64,000 bases of DNA from an uncultured delta proteobacterium. GTDB taxonomy: Bacteria > Myxococcota_A > Polyangia > Polyangiales > JAFGIB01. Positions 62,635 through 64,000 of the stretch are shown here, piece after piece. Numbering within the stretch: the first letter of the stretch is position 1; every line of letters starts with the position of its first letter. The position numbers were made by a program, and so were the translations under genes. Under the pieces are notes generated by a model. The model was not told the origin of the DNA and ran no database searches. It saw only the letters and a list, made by a program, of their open reading frames with translations. The stretch is from positions 1,120,001 to 1,184,000 of the forward strand of contig CAVZVA010000009.1 of assembly GCA_963778655.1 (NCBI GenBank), written 5' to 3'.

Positions 62635-62918
62635 ATTTCGCTCTCCACAAAGCCGACGCTTCCCTACTACACCTGACAGCGGCTGGCGAGCCGCGCCTGT
62701 GACCCCCGAGCGAGGCTCACGCCGGCTCCCCGAGCGCTCGTGTGTCGGAGCTGAAACACAGGCGCCCCCGGCGCGCGGGTCGAGCGCGTCCAGGCCGCGG
62801 CCCGGGCCGCGCGGTGGGTCGAGTCGATGGGCGCTGCGTCGCCACATTTGGGAACCACGGCCGGCGGGGTTAAGCTGCGGGAGCGCGCAAGCTGGCGCGC
62901 GCGTAGAGGACAGGCGCG

Positions 62919-64000
62919 ATGAGCACGAGCGACGATGCCGACCCGCAGGAGACCCAGGACTGGCTGGACGCCCTGGACGGCGTCATGGCGCAGGAGGGGC
63001 TCGAGCGCGCCCACTTCCTGATCGAGGCGTTGATCGACAAGGCGCGCCGCGCAGGCGCGAACCTGCCGTACAAGACCACCACCGCGTATCTGAACACCAT
63101 TCGTCCCAACGACGAGGCGCGCAATCCGGGCGACGAGGAGCTCGAGTACCGTGTGCGCTCCTACGTGCGCTGGAACGCGATGGCGATGGTGGTCAAGGCG
63201 AACAAGCGCAACGCCGGCATCGGCGGTCACATCTCGACCTTCGCGTCGGCCGCGACGCTCTACGACGTCGGCTACAACCACTTCTTCAAGGGGCCCGACC
63301 ATCCCGACGGCGCGGACTTGATCTACTTCCAGGGGCACTCCGCGCCGGGGATGTACGCCCGCGCGTTCCTCGAGGGGCGCCTGAGCGAGGGCGAGCTCGA
63401 TCGCTTCCGCCGCGAGACCGGCCCCGAGGGTGGGCTGTCGTCCTATCCGCACCCGCGGCTGATGCCCGGGCTGTGGCAGTTCCCCACGGTCTCGATGGGT
63501 CTGGGGCCGATGATGGCGATCTACCAGGCGCGCTTCATGCGCTACCTGCAACACCGCGGGCTGATTCCCGAGAACCGCGCGCGGGTGTGGGCGTTCCTCG
63601 GCGACGGCGAGATGGACGAGCCGGAATCGCTGGGCGCGATCTCGCTGGCCGCGCGCGAGCGGCTCGATAACCTGACCTTCGTCATCAACTGCAACCTGCA
63701 GCGCCTGGACGGCCCGGTACGCGGCAACGGCAAGGTGATCCAGGAGCTCGAGGGCGTGTTCCGTGGCGCCGGCTGGAACGTGTTCAAGGTGATCTGGGGC
63801 GACGCCTGGGATCCGCTGCTGGCCAAGGACCACAAGGGCCTGCTGCTCAAGCGCATGGAGGAAGCGGTCGACGGCGACTACCAGAACTACGTGGTGCGCG
63901 ACGGCGCCTGGACGCGCGAGCACTTCTTCGGCCGCTACCCCGAGCTGCTGCGCATGGTTGCGAACCTGACCGACAACGACATCAAGAAGCTGAACCGAGG
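62919..64000 (+). CDS. aceE: Pyruvate dehydrogenase E1 (homodimeric type), 3'-truncated by window end
   Basis: [56 protein letters not shown]. Confidence 0.96.
   Translation, partial: MSTSDDADPQETQDWLDALDGVMAQEGLERAHFLIEALIDKARRAGANLPYKTTTAYLNTIRPNDEARNPGDEELEYRVRSYVRWNAMAMVVKANKRNAGIGGHISTFASAATLYDVGYNHFFKGPDHPDGADLIYFQGHSAPGMYARAFLEGRLSEGELDRFRRETGPEGGLSSYPHPRLMPGLWQFPTVSMGLGPMMAIYQARFMRYLQHRGLIPENRARVWAFLGDGEMDEPESLGAISLAARERLDNLTFVINCNLQRLDGPVRGNGKVIQELEGVFRGAGWNVFKVIWGDAWDPLLAKDHKGLLLKRMEEAVDGDYQNYVVRDGAWTREHFFGRYPELLRMVANLTDNDIKKLNR

Overview
High-GC bacterial chromosomal window, very probably Myxococcota (Polyangiales-like). The evidence is MYXO-CTERM-type sorting tails, a MXAN_2561/2562-like gene pair, CDGxDDDCDG Cys-rich lipoproteins, a ~3,700-aa TPR protein and a kinase-ATPase fusion. 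The core genes are ftsEX plus an envC-like gene, an M18 aminopeptidase, a class IV aminotransferase, dusB, plsC-like, truA, tolC-like, a YrdC/YciO protein, coaBC, vanW-like, trpE, a partial aceE and three tRNAs (Gln, Glu, Asp). Five things stand out. (1) A cofactor F420 locus (cofG-cofH converging on npdG-cofE-cofD-cofC) with no visible dehydro-F420 reductase. (2) A 40-aa Lys/Arg-rich microprotein with its own promoter-like motif, missed by the ORF track. (3) A ~9.5-kb decayed island in tRNA-Glu, bounded by a perfect 24-bp att repeat and carrying an integrase relic. (4) A one-base frameshift near the end of the giant TPR gene. (5) Two families of dispersed palindromic intergenic elements. All family calls come from motif recognition by eye; no searches were run.
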